A stretch of 64,000 nucleotides of DNA from an uncultured Verrucomicrobiae bacterium (GTDB taxonomy: Bacteria > Verrucomicrobiota > Verrucomicrobiia > Chthoniobacterales > Terrimicrobiaceae): the NCBI GenBank assembly GCA_963706955.1, contig CAVPOC010000009.1, positions 32,001-96,000 of the forward strand. Reading direction: 5' to 3'. The notes under the pieces are model-generated. The model ran no database searches and was not told the origin of the DNA. It was given only the letters and a program-made list of their open reading frames with translations. The position numbers were made by a program, and so were the translations under genes. Within the stretch, counting starts at the first letter, position 1. Each line of letters begins with the position of its first letter. This document shows, piece after piece, positions 39,004 to 49,689 of the stretch.

Positions 39004-41037
39004 ATGTTGCGTCGCGAGAACAACGCGTTGGTTCGCGAATACGCCAGCGAAACGCTGGTGATTGAACCCTGGGGCAAGGATAGTCTCCGCGTCCGCAGTA
39101 CCATGCGCCCATTCCTGGATGAGCAGGACTGGGCGCTCCTGCCTGCCGAGAGCTCCGAGGAGCCGAAAATCTCCATCGGAGCGGACGGCGGCGGATCGAT
39201 CACCCACGGTCGAATCACTGCCCGCATTGACCCGCGAGGGCATGTCGGCTTCTTCAATCAACACGGGGAGCTCTTGCTGGAAGAGTTTATGCGCGTAAGG
39301 CTCGGTGACATGACCAGCGGCACAGGTCAGGTCGACCAAGCGGCCGTAAGCTATTTCAACAGCGCACTCACCATCTACCCACGCGAGTTCAAGCCGATTA
39401 TTGGCGGAGACTACTCGCTGACAGCCCGCTTCGAATCACGACCCGAGGAGAAGATTTTTGGAATGGGCCAATATCAACATGGGTTCCTCAACCAGAAAAA
39501 TTGTGTGCTTGAGCTCGCCCAGCGCAATTCGCAGGCCTCGGTGCCCTTTGCTTTATCCAGTCTCGGATATGGATTCCTCTGGAACAATCCGGCGATTGGG
39601 AAGGTCACTTTTGGCAAGAACTGCACGGAATGGACGGCGCTTTCTACTAAACAACTCGACTATTGGGTCACCGTCGGAGACGAGCCCGCGGAGATCCTCG
39701 CCAACTATGCCGCGGTGACGGGCACGGTTCCGATAATGCCCGAGTACGGATTGGGTCTTTGGCAATGCAAGCTACGCTACCAAACGCAAGAGGAACTGCT
39801 CACGGTCGCTCGTGAGTATAAGCGCCGCGGATTGCCAATCGATATAATCGTTGCCGATTTCTTCCATTGGCCGTTACAGGGCGAGTACAGATTCGATCCT
39901 GACTATTGGCCAGACCCGGCGGCAATGGTTGCGGAGCTCGAAAGCATGGGAATCAAGCTGATGGTTTCCATCTGGCCCACCATCGACCGGAATTCCTCCC
40001 CATTTGCGGAGATGCGCGAGAAAGGGCTGCTCGTCAGGACCGAGCGAGGTGTGATCACCACGATGGAATTTCTGGGCGACACCGTCTTCTATGATCCCAC
40101 CAATCCAAAAGCACGTGAGTACGTCTGGCAGCGCGTCAAGCGCAATTACTACGATGCGGGAGTCCGGATCTTTTGGCTCGATGAAGCGGAGCCGGAATAC
40201 GCGGTCTATGACTTCGACCACTATCGTTATTACCTTGGCCCGAATCTTCAGGTCGGGAACATTTATCCGCTGAAATATGCGCAAGGGTTCTACGAGGGTA
40301 TGGCGGGCGAAGGGCAAGAGAATATCGTCAATCTTCTCCGCTGCGCTTGGGCAGGCAGTCAACGCTATGGTGCGCTCGTTTGGTCGGGGGATATCGACTC
40401 AAGCTTCGAATCTTTGCGTAACCAACTCGCCGCTGGCCTGAATATGGGCCTCGCGGGCATCCCATGGTGGACGACTGATATCGGAGGATTTCATGGCGGA
40501 GTGAATAGCGACCCCACCTTTCGTGAATGCCTGGTCCGATGGTTTCAGTTTGCAACTTTTTCGCCAGTTCTTCGGATGCATGGTGATCGGGAACCGCATG
40601 GCAAGCCACTCTCAGACCGGGGCGGGGGCAAATGCGTCAGCGGGGCACCCAACGAGCTCTGGAGCTTCGGTGAGGAAGTCTACGGCATCTTGGAGAAATA
40701 CCTCCGGCTCCGCGAACGAATGCGCCCTTATGTACGGGAGTTGATGACTGCCGCCCATCAGCGCGGCTCTCCGATAATTCGGCCGCTGTTCTATGACTTC
40801 CCGGCGGACCGCGAGGCTTGGGGGATCGAAAATTCCTACATGTTTGGCCCGGATATTCTGGTGGCACCTATCTTGTTTGAGGGGGAGCGCGCCCGCGATG
40901 TTTATCTCCCTGCTGGAGCGCGTTGGGTCAGCCATGGCAGCGGACAAGTGCATGATGGCGGCCAGATTCTCAATGAGCCTGCTCCCCTCGACCATCTACC
41001 CGTCTTTTTCCGCGAGGACGGATCATTTCGATTGTAA
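39004..41037 (+). CDS. Glycoside hydrolase family 31 (alpha-xylosidase/glucosidase-like)
   Basis: AGGAGG RBS; WLDEAEPE nucleophile region, WSGDI, TDIGGF, RMHG. Confidence 0.92.
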   Translation: MLRRENNALVREYASETLVIEPWGKDSLRVRSTMRPFLDEQDWALLPAESSEEPKISIGADGGGSITHGRITARIDPRGHVGFFNQHGELLLEEFMRVRLGDMTSGTGQVDQAAVSYFNSALTIYPREFKPIIGGDYSLTARFESRPEEKIFGMGQYQHGFLNQKNCVLELAQRNSQASVPFALSSLGYGFLWNNPAIGKVTFGKNCTEWTALSTKQLDYWVTVGDEPAEILANYAAVTGTVPIMPEYGLGLWQCKLRYQTQEELLTVAREYKRRGLPIDIIVADFFHWPLQGEYRFDPDYWPDPAAMVAELESMGIKLMVSIWPTIDRNSSPFAEMREKGLLVRTERGVITTMEFLGDTVFYDPTNPKAREYVWQRVKRNYYDAGVRIFWLDEAEPEYAVYDFDHYRYYLGPNLQVGNIYPLKYAQGFYEGMAGEGQENIVNLLRCAWAGSQRYGALVWSGDIDSSFESLRNQLAAGLNMGLAGIPWWTTDIGGFHGGVNSDPTFRECLVRWFQFATFSPVLRMHGDREPHGKPLSDRGGGKCVSGAPNELWSFGEEVYGILEKYLRLRERMRPYVRELMTAAHQRGSPIIRPLFYDFPADREAWGIENSYMFGPDILVAPILFEGERARDVYLPAGARWVSHGSGQVHDGGQILNEPAPLDHLPVFFREDGSFRL

Positions 41038-41062
41038 AATTGGCGCCTGAGGGAATCAAACT

Positions 41063-41920
41063 ATGATTGCGAGAGAGCTCTTCGGACGAACGGGACACGA
41101 GAGCACACGAGCTATTTTTGGAGGGGCCGCCTTGTCTGAAGTGACGCAGGAAGAAGCCGATCGAGTGCTCGAAGTGTTGTTGCATTATGGCGTCAACCAC
41201 ATCGATGTCGCCGCGAGCTATGGTGATGCAGAATTGCGGATTGCTCCCTGGCTGCGAAGGTATCCAAAGCAATTCTTCGTCGCGACCAAAACTGATGGCC
41301 GCACGTATGAGGACGCCAAGCGGGATATTCATCGTTCTCTAAGCCGTCTGGGCCGTGAACAGATTGACTTGATACAGCTCCACAATCTTGTGGACCCGAT
41401 CGATTGGGATACCGCCTTAAGTCCGAAAGGCGCGCTGGAGGCTTGTCTCGAAGCGCGTGAGCAAGGTTTAGTCCGCTTTATTGGTGTCACCGGGCACGGG
41501 AGTCAAGTCGCCGCGACGCATCTTCGCAGTCTCGAACGATTCGACTTCGACACTGTCATGCTCCCCTACAATTACCTCATGATGGAAGAGCCGCACTATG
41601 CGGCGATGTTCAATCGCGTGGTTGCCGTGTGTGAAGAGCGAAACGTCGTGGTGCAGACGATCAAGGCAATTGCCCGTCGGCCGTGGTGGGGCCGCGATCA
41701 CACCTGCGCCACCTGGTATGAGCCGTTCAAGGAGCAGCGTGATATCGACGCCGCGGTGCATTGGGTCATGGCACGTGCCGGAATCTTCTTGATGACTGCA
41801 GGGGACATTCACCTCGCTGCAAAGGTTTTCGATGCCACTGATCGCTTCACGACGACCCCGGGCGATGAAACGCTCGGGGAGCTCACTTCCCGTTTGGAGG
41901 CGATTCCGCTCTTCGCTTAG
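41063..41920 (+). CDS. Aldo/keto reductase
   Basis: [31 protein letters not shown]. Confidence 0.9.
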   Translation: MIARELFGRTGHESTRAIFGGAALSEVTQEEADRVLEVLLHYGVNHIDVAASYGDAELRIAPWLRRYPKQFFVATKTDGRTYEDAKRDIHRSLSRLGREQIDLIQLHNLVDPIDWDTALSPKGALEACLEAREQGLVRFIGVTGHGSQVAATHLRSLERFDFDTVMLPYNYLMMEEPHYAAMFNRVVAVCEERNVVVQTIKAIARRPWWGRDHTCATWYEPFKEQRDIDAAVHWVMARAGIFLMTAGDIHLAAKVFDATDRFTTTPGDETLGELTSRLEAIPLFA

Positions 41921-41962
41921 CAATTTGCTTTCAGCTCGTCATCCAGTGCTTGACTATTCCGC

Positions 41963-44287
41963 ATGAAATTCACGGATGGCCAATGGCTGCTTCGGCCGGG
42001 CGTGACGGCACATTACGCCACCGAAGTCCGCTCGATTACTTCTGAAGATGGCCAGTTAGTTATCGAAGCTCCCGTTCGCGCGATCAGAGACCGCGGCGAC
42101 ACTCTCCAGGGACCGCTTTTAACGGTCACGCTCAGTTCGCCGATGCGCGATGTCATCCGAGTTCGAATTGAACATTTTGCCGGCGGCCTGTCCCGTGGTC
42201 CCCAGATTCCCATTTTTCCCCGCGGAAATGTGAGTCCGGAAATCATAGAAAGCGCAGACTTCGCCATCATCAAGAGCGGGGAATTGGCGGCGCGGATCAA
42301 AAAGAAGACGTGGGCGCTCACTTTCGAGGCAGGTGGCCGCGTCCTGACGACGAGCGGCTGGCGGGCGATTGCCTACATGCAAACAGCGAACTGGGGCAAT
42401 CATGTAGTCGAGCAACTCTCTCTCGGCGTCGGCGAGTACGTTTACGGTCTGGGCGAGCGCTTCACCGCTTTCGTGAAAAATGGCCAGGTGGTCGAGATTG
42501 TGAACAAGGACGGCGGCACCGCCAGCGAACAAGCCTACAAGAATGTCCCGTTTTACCTCACCAATCGTGGATATGGCGTGCTCGTCAACGACACCGGCCC
42601 AATCTCGTTTGAGATTGCCTCCGAAAAGGTGGCTCGAATCCAGTTCTCTCTCCAAGGCGAGAGTCTTGAATACTTCATCATTTACGGGCCGACGCCCAAA
42701 GAGGTTCTCCGAAAGCTAACCGCCCTCACCGGAGAGCCCGGCCTGCCGCCGCCGTGGTCGTTCGGCTTGTGGCTCTCGACGTCGTTTACGACCAATTACG
42801 ATGAAGCCACCGTCACGAGCTTTATTGATGAGATGAAGCGACGCGACCTGCCACTGCACGTCTTTCACTTCGACTGCTTTTGGATGCGCGAATTTCAGTG
42901 GGTCGACTTCGAGTGGGATCCGCTCGTATTTCCTGATCCGCTCGGAATGCTACGGCGCCTTCACGACCGCGGACTGTAGGTCTGCGTGTGGATCAATCCC
43001 TACATTGCGCAACGCTCGCGACTCTTTGCCGAAGCCGCGGATCATGGCTATTTGATCAAACGCACCGATGGTTCCGTCTGGCAGACGGACCTTTGGCAGC
43101 CCGGCATGGGAATCGTCGATTTCAGCAACCCGGCGGCACGCGACTGGTTCGGCGCGCACATTATCCGCCTCCTCGATATGGGCGTCGATGCTATCAAGAC
43201 AGATTTTGGCGAACGGATTCCCGTCGAGGACGTCGCATTTCACGACGGTTCGGATCCGGTGAAGATGCATAACTTCTATACGATTATTTATAACGAGACC
43301 GTTTTCCGAGCGATTGAATCAAGACGCGGTCGAGGGGAAGCTGTTCTCTTTGCGCGCTCTTCATATGCTTCGGGTCAGCGATTTCCGGTGCACTGGGGCG
43401 GCGACTGCTGGTCAACCTTTGAGTCAATGGCTGAGTCGCTGCGGGGCGGGCTGTCTCTCTCGTTGAGCGGCTTTGGCTTTTGGAGTCACGACATCGGAGG
43501 CTTCGAAGGCACCTCGCCAGCTTCCATTTATAAGCGCTGGACCGCCTTTGGACTCCTTTCCTCGCATAGCCGTCTCCACGGCAGCGGGAGCTATCGCATT
43601 CCCTGGGCTTACGATGAGGAAGCTTGCGACATTCTCCGGCTGTTCACGAAATTGAAATGCCGGTTGATGCCATACCTTTGGCAAGCCGCACTCGAAGCGC
43701 ACCGCGAAGGCGTGCCAATGATGCGCGCCATGCTCCTCGAGTTTCCAGAGGATCCGGCCTGTGAGACGCTCGACCGACAGTACCTGCTCGGCGGATCACT
43801 CCTGGTGGCTCCAATCTTCACGGAGAATGGTTTCGTTGACTACTACTTGCCCGCCGGTCGCTGGACCAACTTCTTGACCGGCAAAGTCCAGGAGGGCCCT
43901 GGCTGGCGTCGTGAACAACACGGCTTTCTTAGTCTCCCGCTGATGGTGCGTCCGAATACCATAATCGCTCTGGGCGCCGTGGATCACCGGCCGGACTACG
44001 ACTACGCGGAGAATGTCACGTTTCGCGTCTTTGAGCTCTCCGACAGCAGTGAGGCCGGCTGCCGGTTATCGAGTCCCAGCCGGACGGAAGCCGACCAATT
44101 GATCGTGCGGCGTACGGGCAACCGCGTCACGGCCACTCTTTCCCGAGAGGGTTCCAGCGCTTGGCGCCTGCAACTCGCCGGAATCTCAAAGGTCCGAACC
44201 ATAGGAGACCTTCAAGCGGTCGCAGACCCGTTCGGGATTATCATCCAGCCTTCATCCGGAGTGAAGCAGGTCGAGTTCGAAATTTAG
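41963..44287 (+). pseudogene. yicI: Alpha-xylosidase (GH31, YicI-like) with in-frame TAG at 42977-42979
   Basis: MKFTDGQW start, YGLGERF, HFDCFWM, RGL*VCVWINPY, KTDFGER, HDIGGF; both halves are in the same frame. Confidence 0.88.
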
Positions 44288-44337
44288 CCAGAACTTGCAG
44301 AGACGCTTGTGCCAAGCGCCTCTGGGTCTGCGCACGC

Positions 44338-45360
44338 TCAGTCGCGGCTCAATTCACACGAGTGAGCGGCGAAGCCAGCACCGAACGACGTAAGCCAAAG
44401 CAATTTGTCGCCGTTGCATTTGGCAAGGCGTTCTTCCAACGCACAAAGGACCGATGGGCTGCTTAAATTCCCATACTTGCGGAATGCTTCCCGAGTTTCC
44501 GCGAGCCCGTAGCCCGGCAAACGTTCCTCAATTGCTTCAATGACGTCTCGACCACCAGCGTGGGCGATAATTTGATCGGGTTTTGCATTGCACAAAGCGA
44601 AGAGGTCCCTCACCGCTTCCGCCGCCACTTCGGGGACCGCGCGATGAAGTTGGTTCTTGAGTCGACCGCCTGCGTTGACAAAGCGGATCTTTTCGCGGTC
44701 TTCGGGCCGATGGAGCGAACGAAAGTTGGAAGCTCTCCAATGACGATTGGAGGAAGAGCTCCGCCAGAGCGCCGCCGAGGCGCCATCGCCGAACAAGCAG
44801 GCACTCACGATTACGCCGGTATCGTTATCCAAATAGAAAGCCGCCGAGCATATTTCGACCGCTACCGTCGCGACGGTGGCATTCGGGTGCGCCGCAAGAA
44901 AGCACGAAGCAGCGTGCATCGTCGGTATAGCCGCGCCACAACCCAGGCCGGTTAAGTCGCTGAGAAACGCGTCGGGCCGAAGCCCAATTTGCTCCGCCAG
45001 GTGGCTGGAAACCCCTGGACACAAGTACGCCGTGCAGGTGCACACGAATACAGCATCGATGGTGCGAACGTTGACTTTCGCCTGATCGCAGGCGCCTTGA
45101 AGGGCTTTGGCAGCTAACGGAGGCGCCAACTGCTCGAATGCTTTGTTCAGTGCTTCAGCATCCGCTGAGAACAACTTCTCGGTCGGAACCGCAAAATGCC
45201 GGGTGTCAATCCCGGAGGAACCGGAAAGCACTGTCTCCAGGATTTTCGCCGAACGTCGGCTCAACTGGGCGAGGAAAGGACTTGCCTTGGCGATCTTCCA
45301 GCATTCGCGTTGGGTGTATCGCGCTTCGGGAAAGGCGCTGGCAAGCGACTGAAGGTACAT
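44338..45360 (-). CDS. Type III polyketide synthase (chalcone/stilbene synthase family)
   Basis: Cys-His-Asn triad: GLGCGAA, HAGG, YGNLSS; also LFGDGA and FGAG. Confidence 0.93.
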   Translation of the reverse strand: MYLQSLASAFPEARYTQRECWKIAKASPFLAQLSRRSAKILETVLSGSSGIDTRHFAVPTEKLFSADAEALNKAFEQLAPPLAAKALQGACDQAKVNVRTIDAVFVCTCTAYLCPGVSSHLAEQIGLRPDAFLSDLTGLGCGAAIPTMHAASCFLAAHPNATVATVAVEICSAAFYLDNDTGVIVSACLFGDGASAALWRSSSSNRHWRASNFRSLHRPEDREKIRFVNAGGRLKNQLHRAVPEVAAEAVRDLFALCNAKPDQIIAHAGGRDVIEAIEERLPGYGLAETREAFRKYGNLSSPSVLCALEERLAKCNGDKLLWLTSFGAGFAAHSCELSRD

Positions 45361-45363
45361 TGG

Positions 45364-46380
45364 TCAACGCACCGCGTGAAGGCAGGCTTTAAACGGGAGA
45401 AGGCCGGAGCGCGACACTAAGGTGAAGAACGCCTGTCCGGCCGCCGTCGTCAAGAATGGATGCATCATGCGGGCCCAGAACATGCGCCGGGCGAACCGCT
45501 CGGCAAGCCTGTTCTGAATTTGACTCAGCGCGTGTTCCCATGTTTCGCGCCCGCGTTGCCAGCTTCGGAGTGGCTCGAGCGCAATGGCGGCCGACTCGAA
45601 CGCCATCGACATGCCGTTGCCGGTAAACGGAGGAATCATTCCCCAGGCATCGCCCAAAGTGAGGATCGCATCGCTTTTCGTCGGTGGTCTGCCCAAAGAA
45701 AAGCCGGCGACCCCGAGAAAGGAACCTTCATCCACCTTTGCGGAAAAAATGCGGCCAGCGATGCCTTCAAGTCCACCGGCATGCAGATAGCGCTCCAGCG
45801 TCTGTGTCCCCTTGCCGGCGAGCTTTGGCTGACAGCGGAAAAGACCACAAACATTGACCTTGCCGTCTGCGATCTTGGCCAAGCCGATATACCCGTTTGC
45901 GGCAAGATGCATTTCCAGATCCGCGCTGAGATCAAGGCCTGAGACGTGACACTTGAGCCCAATCCAACGGCCCTTCATTGGTTTGCGCCCCCCGCACCAT
46001 ACGATCCCGGCGCCTGATTTCTCTTTTATTCGAGAGCCTTCCTTGAGAGTTCCGCCGAGTTCGCGAAACCTGACCGCAAGCCTCTCGTCTAGCGCGTAGC
46101 GCGAGATGCCTACTGCGGAAGGCAACTGAGTCCTGCAAACCTGCCGTTCACGAAAATACCATGCGCTCGTAAAGTGCCTTTTTGCGTCCTGGACGAGGTC
46201 GGCAATGCCCAGTGTCTCCAAGACGGCTGGTGATACCCCGCTGATGAACTCTCCACAGACTCGATGTCGGGGATAAATTCCAGCTTCATGCAACACGGCT
46301 GAAGCGCCGGTCTGGCGGAGGGCAATGCCGAGCGAGAGTCCCGCCAATCCACCACCGCCGATGTTGACTAGCCTTTCCAT
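45364..46380 (-). CDS. FAD-dependent oxidoreductase/monooxygenase (geranylgeranyl-reductase-like)
   Basis: IGGGGLAG Rossmann motif, HRVCGEFIS, GDA..MIPPFTGNGMSMA. Confidence 0.88.
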   Translation of the reverse strand: MERLVNIGGGGLAGLSLGIALRQTGASAVLHEAGIYPRHRVCGEFISGVSPAVLETLGIADLVQDAKRHFTSAWYFRERQVCRTQLPSAVGISRYALDERLAVRFRELGGTLKEGSRIKEKSGAGIVWCGGRKPMKGRWIGLKCHVSGLDLSADLEMHLAANGYIGLAKIADGKVNVCGLFRCQPKLAGKGTQTLERYLHAGGLEGIAGRIFSAKVDEGSFLGVAGFSLGRPPTKSDAILTLGDAWGMIPPFTGNGMSMAFESAAIALEPLRSWQRGRETWEHALSQIQNRLAERFARRMFWARMMHPFLTTAAGQAFFTLVSRSGLLPFKACLHAVR

Positions 46381-47021
46381 GCTATTAAACGCAACGAACC
46401 TCGCCAGTCGGTGGATTCCCGGATCTTCCAATTTTTCAAGCCGAGGGCTCGCGGGAGTTCGCCCGGCACAAAGCCTGCGTCGATACTGGCGTGCAGATCG
46501 TGACGCGTGACATCGCCGCAAAGAGGTCGAATCAGCAGACCCAGCAGATGCGGGAATCGAGCCCGCCAAGGCTCGCAAAAACAGAGCACCCGGTAGCGAG
46601 ATGCAATCTCGCCAATCCTGGCAAGACTGTCGTCCCGAAAATGATGCAAGATCATTCCGCCGTAGATGCACTGGCCCTCGCAGTGTGGAAGATTGTCCAG
46701 GAGATCTCCCTGCCACCAGGCGATCTCCTTCGGCAAGTCGCGCGGTCGCGGTGCAAAGTCCAAGGCCGTGATGCTGGCAGCGGGAAACCAGCCGACAACC
46801 CGGCGGCAGAGGCGCCCGTCGCCGGCGCCAAGTTCAACCAAGCGCAGCGTTTTCGAGAAAGCGGATTCCCTCATCACGTAGCCCAACGCCTGGCGGATCC
46901 AACGAACATTCCCCATCAGGGCATTGATCGTGCGAAGGTCGCGCCGAGCGCGTTCGGCGCGGGCATCACTTGACGGTAAGTGGTCGAGGATTTCCCGGGT
47001 AATTAGTCTGTCTATTGCCAT
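46368..47021 (-). CDS. Class I SAM-dependent methyltransferase
   Basis: ELGAGDG, ILHHF, TRHD..SI..GF; overlaps the oxidoreductase start. Confidence 0.88.
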   Translation of the reverse strand: MAIDRLITREILDHLPSSDARAERARRDLRTINALMGNVRWIRQALGYVMRESAFSKTLRLVELGAGDGRLCRRVVGWFPAASITALDFAPRPRDLPKEIAWWQGDLLDNLPHCEGQCIYGGMILHHFRDDSLARIGEIASRYRVLCFCEPWRARFPHLLGLLIRPLCGDVTRHDLHASIDAGFVPGELPRALGLKNWKIRESTDWRGSLRLIAWKG

Positions 47022-47057
47022 ATCTTGACGCTGCACATAAGATGAAGAACTGCGGGC

Positions 47058-48242
47058 ATGAGCGTCAATCACCAGCGAATCATTTATCTCGATAACAATG
47101 CGACCACGCAGGTCGACCCGGCGGTCTTCGAAGCAATGATGCCATGGTTGCGCGAGGAATATGGCAATCCTTCCAGCGCATATTCATTGGGAAAACGCGC
47201 CGCCGCTGCACTCGACACGGCCAGGGAGCAGGTGGCCTCCCTTATCCATGGAGCGCCCGACGAGCTGGTCTTTACAAGTTGTGGCTCCGAATCGATCAAC
47301 TCCGCCATCCTTTCGGCAGCCTCGATTGATCCCGACAAAACGCATATTATCACGAGCGCCGTCGAGCATAGCGCAACAATCAAACTCTGCGAGCATCTGG
47401 CAAGACGTGGCTATGAAATTACCTGGTTGCCGGTAGACGAGCTTGGACGCCTTGACATCGAGCGGCTGGAATCGGCGATACGGCCGGACACGGCTTTGGT
47501 AACGCTGCTCTGGGCAAACAATGAGACCGGTGTCTTGTTTCCGATCGAAGAAGTAGCCCGGCTCACGAAAGCACGGAAAGTTGCCTTGCACATAGATGCG
47601 GTGCAGGGAGTCGGCAAGCTCGCGCTTAACGTCGGAGAGCTCGGAGTGCAATTCCTATCCGTCTCCGGACACAAACTCCATTGTCCGAAAGGTGTCGGTG
47701 CCCTTTACATCCACAAACGAACGCGCTTCACACCGTGGCTTCGCGGCAGCCAGGAAAGCGCACGCCGCGGAGGAACGCAAAATGTTTCGTCGATCGTTGC
47801 CTTGGGAAAAGCCGCCGAAATCGCCGGGGCCCAGCTCAGCGCGGACCCGGGCAGGACCAAAAGGCTGCGGGATCGCTTTGAGGAGTCGATCCTGAAGTCT
47901 GTCGCTGGCGCGGAGGTAAATGGAGAACGTGAACATCGATTACCGAATACAACGAATATCGCGTTTGAGGGCATCGAGAGCGAAGGCGCGCTCATGCTCC
48001 TCGATGAGCGCGGAATTTGCTGCTCCGCAGGTTCCGCCTGTACCAGCGGATCGGTGCACCCTTCCCACGTCTTGAAAGCGATGGGATTTTCAAATTATCG
48101 TGCGCGCAGCAGTCTTCGCTTCTCTTTCGGGCGATTTAGTACGGAGGAAGAGGTCGACATCGCCAGCGCCGCCGTCCCCGAGGTTATTGACAAACTGCGA
48201 CGGCTTGCCCCCGCTCAAGGCCCCGTTATCATGGCCGCGTGA
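47058..48242 (+). CDS. iscS: Cysteine desulfurase (IscS/NifS family)
   Basis: YLDNNATT, GNPSS, NNETG, SGHK, SAGSAC. Confidence 0.93.
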   Translation: MSVNHQRIIYLDNNATTQVDPAVFEAMMPWLREEYGNPSSAYSLGKRAAAALDTAREQVASLIHGAPDELVFTSCGSESINSAILSAASIDPDKTHIITSAVEHSATIKLCEHLARRGYEITWLPVDELGRLDIERLESAIRPDTALVTLLWANNETGVLFPIEEVARLTKARKVALHIDAVQGVGKLALNVGELGVQFLSVSGHKLHCPKGVGALYIHKRTRFTPWLRGSQESARRGGTQNVSSIVALGKAAEIAGAQLSADPGRTKRLRDRFEESILKSVAGAEVNGEREHRLPNTTNIAFEGIESEGALMLLDERGICCSAGSACTSGSVHPSHVLKAMGFSNYRARSSLRFSFGRFSTEEEVDIASAAVPEVIDKLRRLAPAQGPVIMAA

Positions 48243-48270
48243 CCTGCGGCGTTCGTAGCAACGCCGGCGA

Positions 48271-48861
48271 TCACTTCCGCTCAGGAGTCGGGACCACGAC
48301 GTAGTGCATTCCCGCCGCTTTGGCCGCCTGAATTCCCGTGGGGCTGTCTTCGAATACCAGGCAATCAGGGGCCGGAACTCCGATCCGCCGCGCTGCTTCC
48401 AGGAAAGGATCCGGGAATGGTTTTCCCCGTTCGTAGTCTTCGGCACAAACGACTGCGTCAAAGATTTCGAGGATGCCGATCGCCTTGAGCGTCGCCTCGA
48501 CCGGTTCGTGATGCCCGCCCGAGGCAATGGCCAACGGCTTCACTCCGTGCATGCCCATCGCGATTTCGAGCACCGGGATTATCGGCTGCGCATCTCGAAC
48601 GCCCTCGAGGTAATACGACTCCTTACGCCGGACGGTCTCTTCCACCTTCAAGGTCAGTCCAAAAGTTTCATTGAGGTGCTCGACAATCACCGCGGTCGGC
48701 TTGCCTCCCCATTGGTAGAAAAGCTCTTCGGGAAACTGACCACCAAAGTCCTTCATCGCTTGAGTCCACGCCCGGAAGTGGATCGGCATCGTGTCCGCAA
48801 TTGTTCCGTCGCAGTCGAAAATATATCCGCCAAATTGGCGCACAGGTATGTCGAGTTTCAT
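48271..48861 (-). CDS. HAD-family phosphatase (beta-PGM/YqaB-like)
   Basis: FDCDGT, GKPFPD, FEDS..GI.AA..AGM. Confidence 0.92.
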   Translation of the reverse strand: MKLDIPVRQFGGYIFDCDGTIADTMPIHFRAWTQAMKDFGGQFPEELFYQWGGKPTAVIVEHLNETFGLTLKVEETVRRKESYYLEGVRDAQPIIPVLEIAMGMHGVKPLAIASGGHHEPVEATLKAIGILEIFDAVVCAEDYERGKPFPDPFLEAARRIGVPAPDCLVFEDSPTGIQAAKAAGMHYVVVPTPERK

Positions 48862-48927
48862 AGGTTTTCGGATAAACGCCGACAGTGTCTTCGTCACGGA
48901 GAATCGCAGCGGACTAAACGCCGTGGA

Positions 48928-49689
48928 TCAGGCAACGAGCACTTGCGTCCCCGGTCGAAGATCAAAAGTCTTTGCCGCATCGCCTCCGTGGATGGCGATC
49001 TCGAGCAAGCCTGATGACCCCACCACGGCCAGCGGGCTGCCCCTCGACACGGCGGAATAAAAGGGCTCGATCGAGACTCTCCGTTCGCCGGGCAGTATCA
49101 CGGACTGACTCTCGGCCACCTGTTCCCCTGAAAGCGCAGTGATGGCGTTACCGTAAACATCAACGTAAATAATTTCTGTCTGCCAACCTCGGGCGACCGG
49201 AGCCGCACTCGGCCAGTCAAGTCGGTGAAAGTCCTTGAGTTCAGGTCCGATCTCCGCAAATGGTAGTCCCTGCGCCAACCAAGCGGCTGCCGGAGCGAAC
49301 AGATCGCGCCCATGAAATGTTGCGCTGAGACGAGGGAGGCGGATTGCCGGATTTTCGAAGCGGCGAACCTCAAGCGAGCCCTTGTCCTTTACAGCCCAAC
49401 TTAGCACTCCATTATCAGGTCCGAGGAAGGTCGCCTGATCGCATCGAATCGCAATCGCCCTTCGAGGGCTTCCAACACCCGGATCGACGACGACGAGATG
49501 AATGGTCCCGGCAGGAAAGAATGGGGCTGCAGTCATCAGCGCGAAAGCGGCCGCGCGAATGTCGCCCCCTTCGATTTCGTGGGCGAGGTCAACAAGGCGA
49601 ACCCCTGGAGCTATTCCGAGGATAACGCCCTTCATCGCTCCGACGAACGAATCCCGTCGCCCGAAATCCGTCGTCAGAGTGATGATCAT
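48928..49689 (-). CDS. SAM hydroxide adenosyltransferase (DUF62; SAM-dependent halogenase superfamily)
   Basis: [30 protein letters not shown]. Confidence 0.92.
   Translation of the reverse strand: MIITLTTDFGRRDSFVGAMKGVILGIAPGVRLVDLAHEIEGGDIRAAAFALMTAAPFFPAGTIHLVVVDPGVGSPRRAIAIRCDQATFLGPDNGVLSWAVKDKGSLEVRRFENPAIRLPRLSATFHGRDLFAPAAAWLAQGLPFAEIGPELKDFHRLDWPSAAPVARGWQTEIIYVDVYGNAITALSGEQVAESQSVILPGERRVSIEPFYSAVSRGSPLAVVGSSGLLEIAIHGGDAAKTFDLRPGTQVLVA

Noticed and set aside
42977..42979. Pyrrolysine or amber recoding of the TAG in yicI
   Set aside because: TAG is an ordinary terminator for several genes here (porin, GH127, binding protein, AKR, yicI itself), and no pyl genes or suppressor tRNA are present in the window
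48928..49689. Fluorinase/chlorinase linked to the type III PKS
   Set aside because: TFHGRD with the Asp-Arg-His triad marks the DUF62 SAM hydrolase subgroup, and the gene belongs to the trpE/G run, not the PKS cluster
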